Shown: one piece after another, positions 32,489 to 41,814 of the stretch
Layout of the letters: every line of letters starts with the position of its first letter
How positions within the stretch are numbered: the stretch's first letter is position 1
Virus record (IMG/VR): IMGVR_UViG_3300047159_000064
Origin: a virus
Taxonomy: Duplodnaviria; Heunggongvirae; Uroviricota; Caudoviricetes
Length of the DNA stretch: 49,899 nucleotides
Direction: 5' to 3' (one strand)
Position numbers and translations under genes: made by a program
Notes under the pieces: generated by a model
Database searches by the model: none
Told to the model about the DNA's origin: nothing
What the model saw: only the letters and a program-made list of their open reading frames with translations

Positions 32489-33163
32489 TTATTTCTTATC
32501 TTTCTTCGTTTTCTCCGCCACGGGCTCATTAGGAGCCTTTTTTTGCGGTTCTTCGGCCGGTTCGTCAGCTCCCATGAGCTTCGATACCTGCCTTTCGTCA
32601 GACGGATACATCTTCGTCGCCAGCAGATCGACGCCGTGATCCACGAACAGCGTTGATTCCGCCGCGGCGTCTATGCAGGTGACTATTCTCTCAAACGGGT
32701 TCTTTCCAGGCGTGGCGTACAAAACGCCGTTGGCGACGTCGGCCCCGCTGCCTATCGTGAAATAATCACCGATCTCTGTGACGCTGAGATCGTTCCAGAT
32801 CATCCACGCCTTGTCCTGGTACGCGAATATGAACGAATTAGGCATAAGAGGACAATTGACTTCTTCGTCTGAGCTGAACGTTATGCCGGCGTCTTTCAAG
32901 GTGGCGGCTATGACAGGCGCCAGAGAGCAGACGATGAATTCCGTCGTCGGCTCAACGTCCAGGTTATTCTTGTCTATTATGTGAGAATACTGGATTATCT
33001 GCGACGCTCTGGCGGATCCTACTCCGCCCATCACAGCGCCGGGCAGATCAGAAACCTGCCATATCTTCGTCGACGTGTGATCTTTCGTCCCGCCTGTAGA
33101 CGCCTGCTTGTCCGCGCCTATCACGAACCTGTCTTTGTCGTGAACAGCTATAACTACGCTCAT
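32489..33163 (-). CDS. Ntn-hydrolase / proteasome-subunit (HslV-like) protease
   Basis: M-S-VVIA start, GAD.Q, KI, IGSG. Confidence 0.75.
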   Translation of the reverse strand: MSVVIAVHDKDRFVIGADKQASTGGTKDHTSTKIWQVSDLPGAVMGGVGSARASQIIQYSHIIDKNNLDVEPTTEFIVCSLAPVIAATLKDAGITFSSDEEVNCPLMPNSFIFAYQDKAWMIWNDLSVTEIGDYFTIGSGADVANGVLYATPGKNPFERIVTCIDAAAESTLFVDHGVDLLATKMYPSDERQVSKLMGADEPAEEPQKKAPNEPVAEKTKKDKK

Positions 33164-33184
33164 GCTGATTCCTCCTGCTGTGGT

Positions 33185-33592
33185 TTAGTCGTCTAGCACA
33201 TCCGCCAAAGCCGCGTCTACCATTATCATGGTCTTGCCTGAACCCCAGGTGCCTGTCAGAAGCTTGACCGTCTTAGTGTTGTCTTGCACGAGATCGAAAG
33301 CGCATACCTGCTCATCGTTCCTGGGGAACACGGTCACGCCAGGCTCTTTGCCTTTTCCTTTTACCGCCACTATGGAGCCTCGGCTGAATTTTCTCAGCCT
33401 GCCGTTCTCCATGCAGTATTGCTCGGTAAGACGCTTGCTCTTATCGTCGCCGTCGCCGTTCATGTAGAGAAGCAGATACTCGTTCTCCTTAAGCTCCATA
33501 GGCGGCTTATGGTCTACGCAGAAATTGGCTCACTCGTCATCTGTGGGCTGCCATTTGTACCAGCCCGTATAGACTTCGTTTTTTTCTGCCAC
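33185..33592 (-). CDS. Truncated PhoH-like ATPase, one TGA(Trp)
   Basis: GTG 33592 with AAGGAG RBS; TGA 33530; ENEYL, PRN.EQ, Walker A G..GSGKT, then TAA. Confidence 0.68.
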
Positions 33593-33717
33593 TTTGCAAT
33601 CGCTCCTTGTGATGTTGTGACTAAACGCAACTAATTGGCTTATTGCTTAACTAATTTAGCTTTAACGGCGGAGGACGGCAGCGGCGTTTAGCGGCGAACG
33701 GCCGGTAAACGCAAAAT

Positions 33718-33742
33718 AAAAAGACCCGATAAAGGGTCTTTT
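33718..33742 (-). terminator. Intrinsic terminator (possibly bidirectional)
   Basis: AAAAAGACCC-loop-GGGTCTTTTT. Confidence 0.75.
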
Positions 33743-33758
33743 TATAATAGGCTGATAA

Positions 33759-34139
33759 TTATTTGCTCTTCGTCGCGGCCGCAGAATTCTTATCGGTCAT
33801 CCCGTTAACGAATGAGATAGTGCTGTCGATATAAGCGCTGAGCTGATCCAAGAACGCGTCCAAATCGACTCCGGCGGACTTGCAGCTGGCTTTAACCATG
33901 TCGATTACCATCTGCTTTTTGTCTGCGCCTTTAAGCGTGCTCTTCTCGGCTTCCTTCATCGCGGCGTCGGCCATGGCCATTATCATGTTCCATATCTCTG
34001 TCGCGCTCTTTTGCTTCGCGGCCTTGATGAAGCTTTTAATGGCGAAATAGGCGCCTACGCCTGTGCCGATAAGGCCTACTAAGCCGGTTATCAGCGCGAT
34101 CAATCCTTTTGCTGTGTCAATCCAATTCATATTAGACAA
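33759..34139 (-). CDS. Holin-like protein (LL-H type)
   Basis: N-terminal TM helix; A..EAE....G.DKK..V pattern. Confidence 0.7.
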   Translation of the reverse strand: MSNMNWIDTAKGLIALITGLVGLIGTGVGAYFAIKSFIKAAKQKSATEIWNMIMAMADAAMKEAEKSTLKGADKKQMVIDMVKASCKSAGVDLDAFLDQLSAYIDSTISFVNGMTDKNSAAATKSK

Positions 34140-34209
34140 TCTCCTTTTCTTATTAAACGGCCTGTGGCCGATTAATCCTTTTTATGCTAGCTTCCGCTCC
34201 CGGCCTGAA

Positions 34210-34818
34210 TTATTTGGCTTCGCCGGAATCTTTGTTGCTGTCTATGGTCTTCTCCGCTTTTATTATGGCGGCGTTGTTGTTCTGCTCCGCCTGATTCTGG
34301 ATGTACGCCTCTTTGGTGGGAAGCGCGTCGAATCTCTTTATGACGTCCTGCACGAACGAATTTCCGTGAAGGTTGACGTAAGCCTCATATAGATGGTGTA
34401 TGTTCTCGTAGTCCCAATCGCCGCGGTACCCTTTTTCGCTGCATCTATAATAGCTTGTCAGAATGTCGTTTCTCAAGCTCGCCAGCGTGCCGTCTTCAGT
34501 CTTTTCTACTTTGACGGCCAAATCGTCTATCTTGTTTATGACCGGCACCAATTGGTTCTGGACGACGTCCACCAAATCGTTTTTGCGCTCGACTCTCTGC
34601 TTTTCTTCTTTAAGCGCCTCAGCCTCTTTCAGCCTCTTCTGCGTTTCTTCCTCTTGAGCGTCTTTTTTCTTGAAATACTTGTCTAAGTATCTCTTAACAA
34701 GATAGCTTATGATGCCTGTTACAGCAGCACTGCTAGCCACCGAGATGATGACCGTTCAAATGGATTCTGACGTAACATCTGTTGCAGCCAATACAGCCGC
34801 ATTAAGTAATGCTACCAT
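34210..34818 (-). CDS. Lysis-region membrane protein, one TGA(Trp)
   Basis: GGAGG RBS, ATG 34818, TGA 34756 at the TM boundary (ESIW*TVIISVAS); LRNDI..., LY.AY..L.GN. Confidence 0.72.
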
Positions 34819-34939
34819 CACCGTTTTCCTCCACTTGCCAACGGGTAATGTATAAATGATGCCGTTGTGAAAGGCTGTTCGCCTTATCAACTAATTTAGC
34901 GTATGTTTATTCTCCGACAATATGCCTTTTATTTGGTTT

Positions 34940-35509
34940 TTATCTTTTAGTCGCATATCGCTTGATCATCAAGGCGCCGCCGTCTGTGGCGGCGCCTTCG
35001 AACCATGCCGCGTCATAAGGCTTATTAGGCAGATTGCGCTTGGATCTTATCGTCTGATACCAATATCTGGCAACAGACGGAAGATAGCACAAGAACGCTG
35101 CGAACGGGCCGAAAAGGGCGCTTTCTGCGGAATGCCCAAATTCATGCTGTTTCGTATGCTCGGTCCACGGCTTGCCCATGTCATTGGCGACGAGGAAGAA
35201 GAAATTGCACTCCAGCCCTCCCCAATTGTCGCCGAACTGAAGATAGAAACACGGTCCGTATCTGTGCAAAGAAGGCTTATAGTGCTTTCTGAACGCGAAA
35301 GCCCATGCCGTCATGAACAAGAACATGGCCGCTCCGACGACCGAATTTATCAAGCCCCAAGTCAGGTTCAATGCCCACCAAAGCCACATGCGTTTGGCCA
35401 AAAAGCCAGCCCACTTGACGCTTATAGAATATAAGGCAGAGCCTATTTTCGTTCTGTCGTAGCCTTTTTCTGAATCGCTCATTTTGCTTATGATGCGCCT
35501 TTCGCGCAT
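34940..35509 (-). CDS. Membrane protein with HExxH motif
   Basis: TM segments; QHEFGH; WFE..A; alternative start 35482. Confidence 0.7.
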   Translation of the reverse strand: MRERRIISKMSDSEKGYDRTKIGSALYSISVKWAGFLAKRMWLWWALNLTWGLINSVVGAAMFLFMTAWAFAFRKHYKPSLHRYGPCFYLQFGDNWGGLECNFFFLVANDMGKPWTEHTKQHEFGHSAESALFGPFAAFLCYLPSVARYWYQTIRSKRNLPNKPYDAAWFEGAATDGGALMIKRYATKR

Positions 35510-35530
35510 ATTAATTTAGCTTAAAAATGA

Positions 35531-35551
35531 AAAACCGCCAATAAAGGCGGC
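35531..35551 (-). terminator. Probable intrinsic terminator
   Basis: GCCGCC-loop-GGCGGT followed by T run. Confidence 0.6.
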
Positions 35552-35594
35552 TTCGTTTAACTAGAACACGATCAAGAATATAGGTTACGAAAAG

Positions 35595-35942
35595 CTAAAT
35601 GCCGAGCTGAATCAGTGCGGCGAATCCGAAGATAAGCGAAACCATGAGCGCTTTGGCGAAGATAAGAGCGAGATTCCTGGTGAGCAATTCAGTATTGTCC
35701 ATCTGCTCGGTCTTAGAATTCGTGGTTATCGACAAAGACAGCCCAAGCGTCAGCAAATCGAAGATGAGCATCACGCCGTAAGCGGCCCAATAGCCAAGCA
35801 CCGTCGTAAGGCCGACGCTAGGCATGAACCAATTCCACATCGTCTTAAGCACGAAAGCGGCGTAGAAGTTAAGCGCGACTCCGAGCAAGATAGAAATAAT
35901 CAGATTGGCGATTAGCGCGCCGACTGTGCAATTTCTTTTCAT
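35595..35942 (-). CDS. Small multi-pass membrane protein
   Basis: Three hydrophobic segments; WNWF. Confidence 0.72.
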   Translation of the reverse strand: MKRNCTVGALIANLIISILLGVALNFYAAFVLKTMWNWFMPSVGLTTVLGYWAAYGVMLIFDLLTLGLSLSITTNSKTEQMDNTELLTRNLALIFAKALMVSLIFGFAALIQLGI

Positions 35943-35972
35943 ATTGTTTTTTCCTTTTGCCTTTTTGGGCCG

Positions 35973-36497
35973 TTATTTGTTTTCTTCGGCGTCGAGCTCG
36001 GCTTTGATGGCGGCTAAGATAGCCTCTACCGTAGCCCTCGTCTTTTCGCCCATCGTCTGAACCGCTTTATGGGAATCGTACCAAGAGAATATCTCTCTCA
36101 GATTGCCCTTCGAGAAGCTGAACGACCACCAATCGCATATCATCTCGACGATGTATTCAATCGGCATCTCAAGGCAGTTTACGAGCGAATCATCGTCGAT
36201 GAGCATCCAATACTGCCAATGGTGCGGATTCGACTTCTGATGGTGGTTCCATGCGACGTTGAACGCGGGAGAATAGCCGCTGCCGTAGAAATACTGCGCA
36301 TAAGGCTCGAACTCTTCGTCAGACCACTTCGATTTATCGTGATTGCCGATGTTCTCTTCGATGACGTCTTCGTCGCCGAAATCGACCTTAGAATCGATGT
36401 GATGGTCAAGCAGCCATGCGTACGCCTTTTTCACGCCGCTGATGTGCTTGTCGAGATAAGCGATGTAATCGTCTTTGTAGCTCATTTTATAAATCAT
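35973..36497 (-). CDS. DUF5662-like HD-type protein (second copy)
   Basis: HD.SK, AWNHH...NPHHW, EMP..YIVEMICDW. Confidence 0.78.
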   Translation of the reverse strand: MIYKMSYKDDYIAYLDKHISGVKKAYAWLLDHHIDSKVDFGDEDVIEENIGNHDKSKWSDEEFEPYAQYFYGSGYSPAFNVAWNHHQKSNPHHWQYWMLIDDDSLVNCLEMPIEYIVEMICDWWSFSFSKGNLREIFSWYDSHKAVQTMGEKTRATVEAILAAIKAELDAEENK

Positions 36498-36915
36498 CCT
36501 CCGGGATGCTCTCTATCTCAGGCAAATCCAAACTGTCCAGGCTTTCGCAGAATCTGACGTATTTGTCGCCGTTCTCGCGCTCCCAAGCCCATTGCGCATG
36601 AACGCTTTCAAGATAGTTTTTGTAATCGTCGAAGCCTGGAAGCCTGCCGTCTAGCGTTCTTTTCTTAGAGCTGCCATTGCCGTAGGACGCCGCCCACAGC
36701 ATCCGCTCCGAATCGCGCTTGACGATCTGGCAGAATACGTAATCGAATCCGTCGATGTACGACACCCAGCGCAATCCGCCGAAGTCGTTCACCTGGAACC
36801 ATACGTTTTTCTTGCGCCACGTCTCTTTGACGCCGGCGGACAGCAGTTCGACTTCGCCGAACATCCAGCCATGGTCTTTCAGCCAGGCTTCTTTTTCAGT
36901 TTTCTTGCGCTGCAT
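36487..36915 (-). CDS. Hypothetical protein
   Basis: 142-aa ORF in operon. Confidence 0.7.
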   Translation of the reverse strand: MQRKKTEKEAWLKDHGWMFGEVELLSAGVKETWRKKNVWFQVNDFGGLRWVSYIDGFDYVFCQIVKRDSERMLWAASYGNGSSKKRTLDGRLPGFDDYKNYLESVHAQWAWERENGDKYVRFCESLDSLDLPEIESIPEDDL

Positions 36916-36916
36916 G

Positions 36917-37582
36917 CTAATTCTGCGCCTCTAACGCAGGGCGGTATTCCAACTGCGCCACTTCCGGCGTGTTATCAAATTCGTCTAGCTTGAACGGCGC
37001 GAAATCATGGCGCTCTACGCAAGCGCAGCAGGAGTTCTTCGTCCACGTCTGATACGCCGGATTGCCGTGGATGTGCCCGTAGACGTAATAAAACGGCGAG
37101 CTTTCCGGCATCGACTGAAACGGCGCATGCGACAGAACGATGTGCTGCTTCAGCACGATCGGATAAGCCGAAACGTATTCGAAGCCGGCGTCTTTGTAAA
37201 ACGCGTCTGGCTTCTTGTCGTGATTGCCCTTGATCAGGCGGATGTGTCCGTTGAGCTGTTTGCGGTATTCTCCGGCTGCGACACCTAAGCCGGCGAAAGA
37301 GAAATCGCCTAAGAACCACACGATGTCGTCTCCGCGCACCTTGGCGTTCCAATTGCGAATGAGCATTTTGTCGTGCTGCTTGAGAAGGAACTTAAGGCTG
37401 TCTTGTGCGACAGGCGACGGATTGTCGTAAAGCGAGAGCACGAAAGCCTTGAAGGACTCTCTGGTGTATTGCTTGTCGTCCTTGTAGAGATAATCGTACA
37501 AGGCGTCGATTCTGCCTTGTTCGTATTTGATGATGTTCGTGTGCCCTAGATGCAAATCTGAGCAAAACCAGATGGTTCCCAT
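36917..37582 (-). CDS. Calcineurin-like phosphoesterase
   Basis: SDLH, LGD, GNHD, SHAP, GHIH. Confidence 0.88.
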   Translation of the reverse strand: MGTIWFCSDLHLGHTNIIKYEQGRIDALYDYLYKDDKQYTRESFKAFVLSLYDNPSPVAQDSLKFLLKQHDKMLIRNWNAKVRGDDIVWFLGDFSFAGLGVAAGEYRKQLNGHIRLIKGNHDKKPDAFYKDAGFEYVSAYPIVLKQHIVLSHAPFQSMPESSPFYYVYGHIHGNPAYQTWTKNSCCACVERHDFAPFKLDEFDNTPEVAQLEYRPALEAQN

Positions 37583-37596
37583 GGCTTATGCCTCAT

Positions 37597-38337
37597 TTAA
37601 TCTTGCCGTTTAGCTCCGCCGCGATTGCGTTTTTTGCTCGTGGCGAAATCTATGGCTTTTCTGTGTATAGACCCTACGTTGGCGAATTTGCCTTGCTTGT
37701 ACAGCACAGACAAAGACACCGGCGTATAGTTTATGGCTTCGGCGCAGCAGTTGAGATGCGCGCTATCATAATCATACGATAAGTTATGCGTATGGCCGTG
37801 GATGTTCATCATGAACGGAATGTCCACAGGCTCATGCGACAGCACGATTTTGTCGTTGATGCAGACTATGCCGGTATATACTTCATCGAACAAGAAATTG
37901 TCGTTTACCTTCTTGCGGGTGTATTTGTCCATCAGCGCTTTGCTTTCCGCCAGCGCCTGCTTGTTGCCTGACATCAGCTGCTTGCCTAACGCAGCGAAGC
38001 GCTGCGCGTCAGCAGGCGTCATGAGCGAAGAATCGAACGCGTCGACCTCTTCGCGGACGCGTCTGTAATTGGTTGCGCCTTTGTCGTGATTGCCCATTAT
38101 GAGCACTTTGTAGCCGCGGATCTTCTTCACGTAATTGACGTCTCCGACGTCGCCTAAGCAGATCCAAAGATCCTTTTTGCCTATGCGGCTGTTGAGCTTC
38201 GCGACTTGCTGATCGTCGCCGATGTAGTTCTTGCGGATGTGCTTCATCTCTTCGTCCCCGAAATGAGGATCGCTGGAAATCCAGATATTATCGAATCTGA
38301 GCCACTGCTTGAAGCAGGGATACAAATCTATTTTCAT
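37597..38337 (-). CDS. Calcineurin-like phosphoesterase
   Basis: SDPH, LGD, GNHD, SHEP, HGHTH. Confidence 0.88.
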   Translation of the reverse strand: MKIDLYPCFKQWLRFDNIWISSDPHFGDEEMKHIRKNYIGDDQQVAKLNSRIGKKDLWICLGDVGDVNYVKKIRGYKVLIMGNHDKGATNYRRVREEVDAFDSSLMTPADAQRFAALGKQLMSGNKQALAESKALMDKYTRKKVNDNFLFDEVYTGIVCINDKIVLSHEPVDIPFMMNIHGHTHNLSYDYDSAHLNCCAEAINYTPVSLSVLYKQGKFANVGSIHRKAIDFATSKKRNRGGAKRQD

Positions 38338-38432
38338 TGTGCTAAAAATCTCCTTTGACTGAATTCATCATTATTAATATACGACGCAAATAAGGCGATA
38401 AACGCCTGATCTGCCAAAATAAAAGAAACGAC

Positions 38433-39509
38433 CTAAGCCGTTTCTTTGAGCTTCTTGAGCTGCTCGTCTTGCATCAAGGCGTCGGTAAGCTCGCCTAAAT
38501 CGCCGTTCATTATCCTGTCAAGCGTATTGACGGTGTAATCTATTCTGTGGTCGGTGACGCGGTTCTGCGGATAATTGTAAGTGCGTATTTTCTCGGCGCG
38601 CTCGCCGTGGCCGACGTTGTTTCTTCTCGCTGCGTCGCGCTCTTCATCAAGCTGGCGCTGATAGAACTCGCGCACCTTCGACTTGAGCAGCCTGGCGCAA
38701 TTCTCTCTGTTGCGCACCTGGTCGCGCTCAGTCTCGCATACGACGACGATGCCAGTGGGAATATGCGTCATTCTCACGGCCGAAGCGACCTTATTGACGT
38801 TCTGCCCGCCTGCGCCGCCGGAGCGGAATATATCCACTCTGACGTCGTCTTCAGCTATGGTTATGTCGGCGTCTTCCGCCTCAGGCAGCACCGACACAGT
38901 GGCTATCGACGTGTGTATCCTTCCCGCCGTCTCGGTCGCAGGGACCCGCTGCACGCGATGCGCGCCAGATTCGAATTTCATCCTAGAATAGACGCGATCG
39001 CCTTTGAGCGAGCACGCTATGTAGCTGAACCCGCCTTTGTTGCCTTCTACGAAATTGAGCACCTCGAAGCTCCAGCCCATCTTCTCGGCGTATTTGCGGT
39101 ACATCGAAGCCAGATCGGACGCGAACAGATCCGCCTCGTCTCCGCCGACCGCTCCGCGGATCTCGAGGATGATGTTCTTGCCGTCGTTTGGATCGTCAAC
39201 AGCCATAGCCTCGCGCAGCTCGCCGTCCAGCGATTCTTCTTCAGCTTGCGCCGAAACCAGCGCGGCTTTCGCCATTTCGCTGACGCCTTCGTCTTTGTCT
39301 AGCTTAAGCTGCTCGTCGTCAGCTATCTCTTTTTCGACGGCCAGGTATTTTACGAAAAGCGCGTTCGCCTTTTCCATGGACGAGCGCTCTTTCCTGAGCT
39401 CGGCAGATTTCTTCCAATCCGCCGCCACCTCAGGAAGCTGAAGCTCCGCGTCCAATCTGTCGCATTTGTCATGAAGCGCAACCAGCGCCTTCCTAAGGCT
39501 TTCTTCCAT
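38433..39509 (-). CDS. prfA: Peptide chain release factor 1
   Basis: HRVQRVPATE (RF1 PxT motif), GAGGQ.VNK, IRTYNYPQ.RVTDHRI. Confidence 0.96.
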   Translation of the reverse strand: MEESLRKALVALHDKCDRLDAELQLPEVAADWKKSAELRKERSSMEKANALFVKYLAVEKEIADDEQLKLDKDEGVSEMAKAALVSAQAEEESLDGELREAMAVDDPNDGKNIILEIRGAVGGDEADLFASDLASMYRKYAEKMGWSFEVLNFVEGNKGGFSYIACSLKGDRVYSRMKFESGAHRVQRVPATETAGRIHTSIATVSVLPEAEDADITIAEDDVRVDIFRSGGAGGQNVNKVASAVRMTHIPTGIVVVCETERDQVRNRENCARLLKSKVREFYQRQLDEERDAARRNNVGHGERAEKIRTYNYPQNRVTDHRIDYTVNTLDRIMNGDLGELTDALMQDEQLKKLKETA

Positions 39510-39510
39510 A

Positions 39511-40032
39511 TTAGTCTCCCCAATCCATGTAATGCTCGCCGATGTAAGAGAAGAACTTGCGCACGGCGGCGTCTACGCATTTGTAGTATTCATTCAGATC
39601 GAACGAATGCTCGGCGCCTGACGCGTCTTTCCATGTGCATACGCCGTTTTCTATCTTCGGCGCGCCTTCCTTGAATACGACCGCCCCGTCTTCGTCCGTC
39701 CTGTCGCAGTATTCGCTGAAATCAGGCAGCTTCTCTCCGTTGAGCTCATGCTCTTCGCTGAGCCACAGCTTCATGTCGTCCAAAAGCCTGTTTGCCTCTC
39801 TGAGGAACACGAGCTCCTTCGCGACGTCGGACTCCACTATCGGCGAAAATCCGCTGTCGTAATACGCCAACGACGACTTAAGATCGGCTTCTAGGTAATC
39901 GATGAAGCAGGCGTTGCCTGGGAACCATTCTTTGGCTATGCGAAGCATGTTCTTGCGCTCAGGCTTCACCCATTTCTTGTACTGCAAAGCTTTTTCTTTG
40001 CCTATGCACTGCGCCAAAAAAGATTCGCTCAT
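39511..40032 (-). CDS. Hypothetical protein
   Basis: AGGAGG RBS; 173 aa. Confidence 0.72.
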   Translation of the reverse strand: MSESFLAQCIGKEKALQYKKWVKPERKNMLRIAKEWFPGNACFIDYLEADLKSSLAYYDSGFSPIVESDVAKELVFLREANRLLDDMKLWLSEEHELNGEKLPDFSEYCDRTDEDGAVVFKEGAPKIENGVCTWKDASGAEHSFDLNEYYKCVDAAVRKFFSYIGEHYMDWGD

Positions 40033-40059
40033 GTCGATGCCTCCTAGATATAGTTCGGC

Positions 40060-40374
40060 TTACTTCGCTCTGCAGCCGATGCCGGCCGACGCGAAATCCG
40101 CCATGCTGTCTGCCGCCGTCTTGCCGTAAAGCGTCACGTGCTGATTGTCGTCGTTCTTGAAGACCGACGTATTGCAATACGGCTCGTCCCACCACGTGAT
40201 GCGCGGGTTGAGCGGATTCCACGGGTCGTTGATGCCTGGGTTGATCGGCGTGACCGGCGACGTAGACGGATAATTGGTCGTCTTGCACGCCTTGCCTTTT
40301 TCGAACCCGTCGTCAAAGCCTTTTCTGTAGGCCTCCATCAAATCGGCCACCGTATAAAGTTTCTTGTCTTCCAT
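40060..40374 (-). CDS. Hypothetical protein
   Basis: AGGAG RBS; 104 aa. Confidence 0.68.
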   Translation of the reverse strand: MEDKKLYTVADLMEAYRKGFDDGFEKGKACKTTNYPSTSPVTPINPGINDPWNPLNPRITWWDEPYCNTSVFKNDDNQHVTLYGKTAADSMADFASAGIGCRAK

Positions 40375-40386
40375 ATTGGATATCTC

Positions 40387-40941
40387 CTATGCCTTATCAG
40401 GCGTTTTGTCGATCAAATCGGTGAAATACAGACGTCCGTCGGCTTTCGCTTCTTCGCCTTTGTACAGGCGCGCTTTCGCCCTGTTCAAGTCTATGAATTC
40501 GTCCAGCTCTCCGCACATGCTCTCTGTGAACGCCGAATTCCAGCTTGAGAACGTTTCGTGCGAAAGGCTGCCGTCCGCGCATAGAATGCGGCCGTAATCC
40601 TCCATAGAATTCTCGTCGGAGAACACCTCGATGCGGTATCCGCGATAATTGAAATAGCCGAACGATCTCGCGAACTTGCCGGAGTAATCGGTGTATTCAG
40701 GATCCGAATAGCTTTTGGTGTGAGTCTCGCTGTGCTGCTTGATTTTCGGGAAATCGCCGAGATCGAAATACTGGCTAAGTGAGCTCAGCGCCGTATGGAT
40801 GCCGCGCAATTCCGCCAAAGCCTCGTTGTCCGTGCCGTAGTAAGCAGCGGAGCCTGACTTCTTGAAGCTGGCGTATCGTCTCTCCCAGCCGGCGATCTCG
40901 AAGTCTTTGAGCGCGGCCAATTCGTCGAAGCTAAGTTTCAT
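40387..40941 (-). CDS. Hypothetical protein
   Basis: 184 aa after the CCGTATAATA promoter at 40961. Confidence 0.72.
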   Translation of the reverse strand: MKLSFDELAALKDFEIAGWERRYASFKKSGSAAYYGTDNEALAELRGIHTALSSLSQYFDLGDFPKIKQHSETHTKSYSDPEYTDYSGKFARSFGYFNYRGYRIEVFSDENSMEDYGRILCADGSLSHETFSSWNSAFTESMCGELDEFIDLNRAKARLYKGEEAKADGRLYFTDLIDKTPDKA

Positions 40942-40991
40942 CTTTTTAACCTACCATGATTATTATACGGTTATTATCGCCTATCGTGCAA

Positions 40992-41018
40992 TAAAAAGAG
41001 CTCGTTTCCGAGCTCTTG
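40992..41018 (-). terminator. Intrinsic terminator
   Basis: AAGAGCTCG-GAAA-CGAGCTCTTTT. Confidence 0.8.
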
Positions 41019-41340
41019 GCGGATTTGGACGAAATCGCTGCCCGTTGGGTATCAACCGCCGTCCGATTTTGGCCATAAGGCCATGGGTTCTGATCCGAGA
41101 GGTCGCGCGGGTAAAGCCCGAGCCTCGCGTCACACTCTGAGCGACGCTGATACGCCTCACCGCGGTGCATTCCAACTCGCGTAGCAGGTATTTAATCGAT
41201 ATTTCTGATTATTTTAATTGGCGCCTCGATGGCATGGCATCCTTAGCTCAGGTGGACCCATAGCGACGGCTGATATCAAGCCGTTTTGAACGGCACAAGG
41301 CCGTCATGTTAAACGCGTCAGGGCCGTATTGGCCGCCAAT
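41019..41340 (-). ncRNA. Candidate structured ncRNA(s)
   Basis: Bounded by a promoter (41345) and terminator; TTGGCG/CGCCAA closing stem; no credible ORF. Confidence 0.45.
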
Positions 41341-41362
41341 AGAATATTATACGCCTAATATC

Positions 41363-41692
41363 CTAATATTTGATTTCGTTTTTTACGGACAGCAGATTCA
41401 GCAGGTCTCTGCCGGTGAACGCATGCCCTGCGATGATGACGACGTCGTCTTCGGCTATCTTCCATATATTGTGGATATTGACCGCCTGATTTCCGTCGTC
41501 TATCTTGGTCTGTCGGTTAGCATCGGCATTGGCCTCGGCGTCGCATTCGCCTTTGGCCTGCTCGTACAGCTTTTTGCCGTAAGAATCGTCTCCGCGGTAC
41601 ACGGCGTCGCGCGCCACTGACCCGTCAGGCGACACGATCTCTCCGGTCTCGCTGTTTCAGTAGCTGTTGCCTTCTTTTCTCCAAGCCGTCAT
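41363..41692 (-). CDS. Hypothetical protein, one TGA(Trp)
   Basis: MTAWRKEGNSYW*NSETGEIVSPDG; TGA 41657. Confidence 0.62.
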
Positions 41693-41722
41693 TTTAACTG
41701 CGCCCTTTTCTGTTGTCATAAT

Positions 41723-41800
41723 TGGCTCCCGAGGAAGGTCTCGAACCCTCAAAATTTCACGTTCAGAGCGTGACGACTTTACCAATTTGTCCACTCGGGA
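41723..41800 (-). tRNA. tRNA-Gln(CUG)
   Basis: Cloverleaf, loop CTCTGAA, encoded CCA. Confidence 0.9.
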
Positions 41801-41814
41801 ATATGTAATCGGCG

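Noticed and set aside
12695-41659. TGAs as selenocysteine, Gly or pseudogene lesions
   Set aside because: No Cys-like catalytic contexts or sel genes seen; contexts fit Trp; random nonsense mutations would include TAA/TAG, but all 15 are TGA
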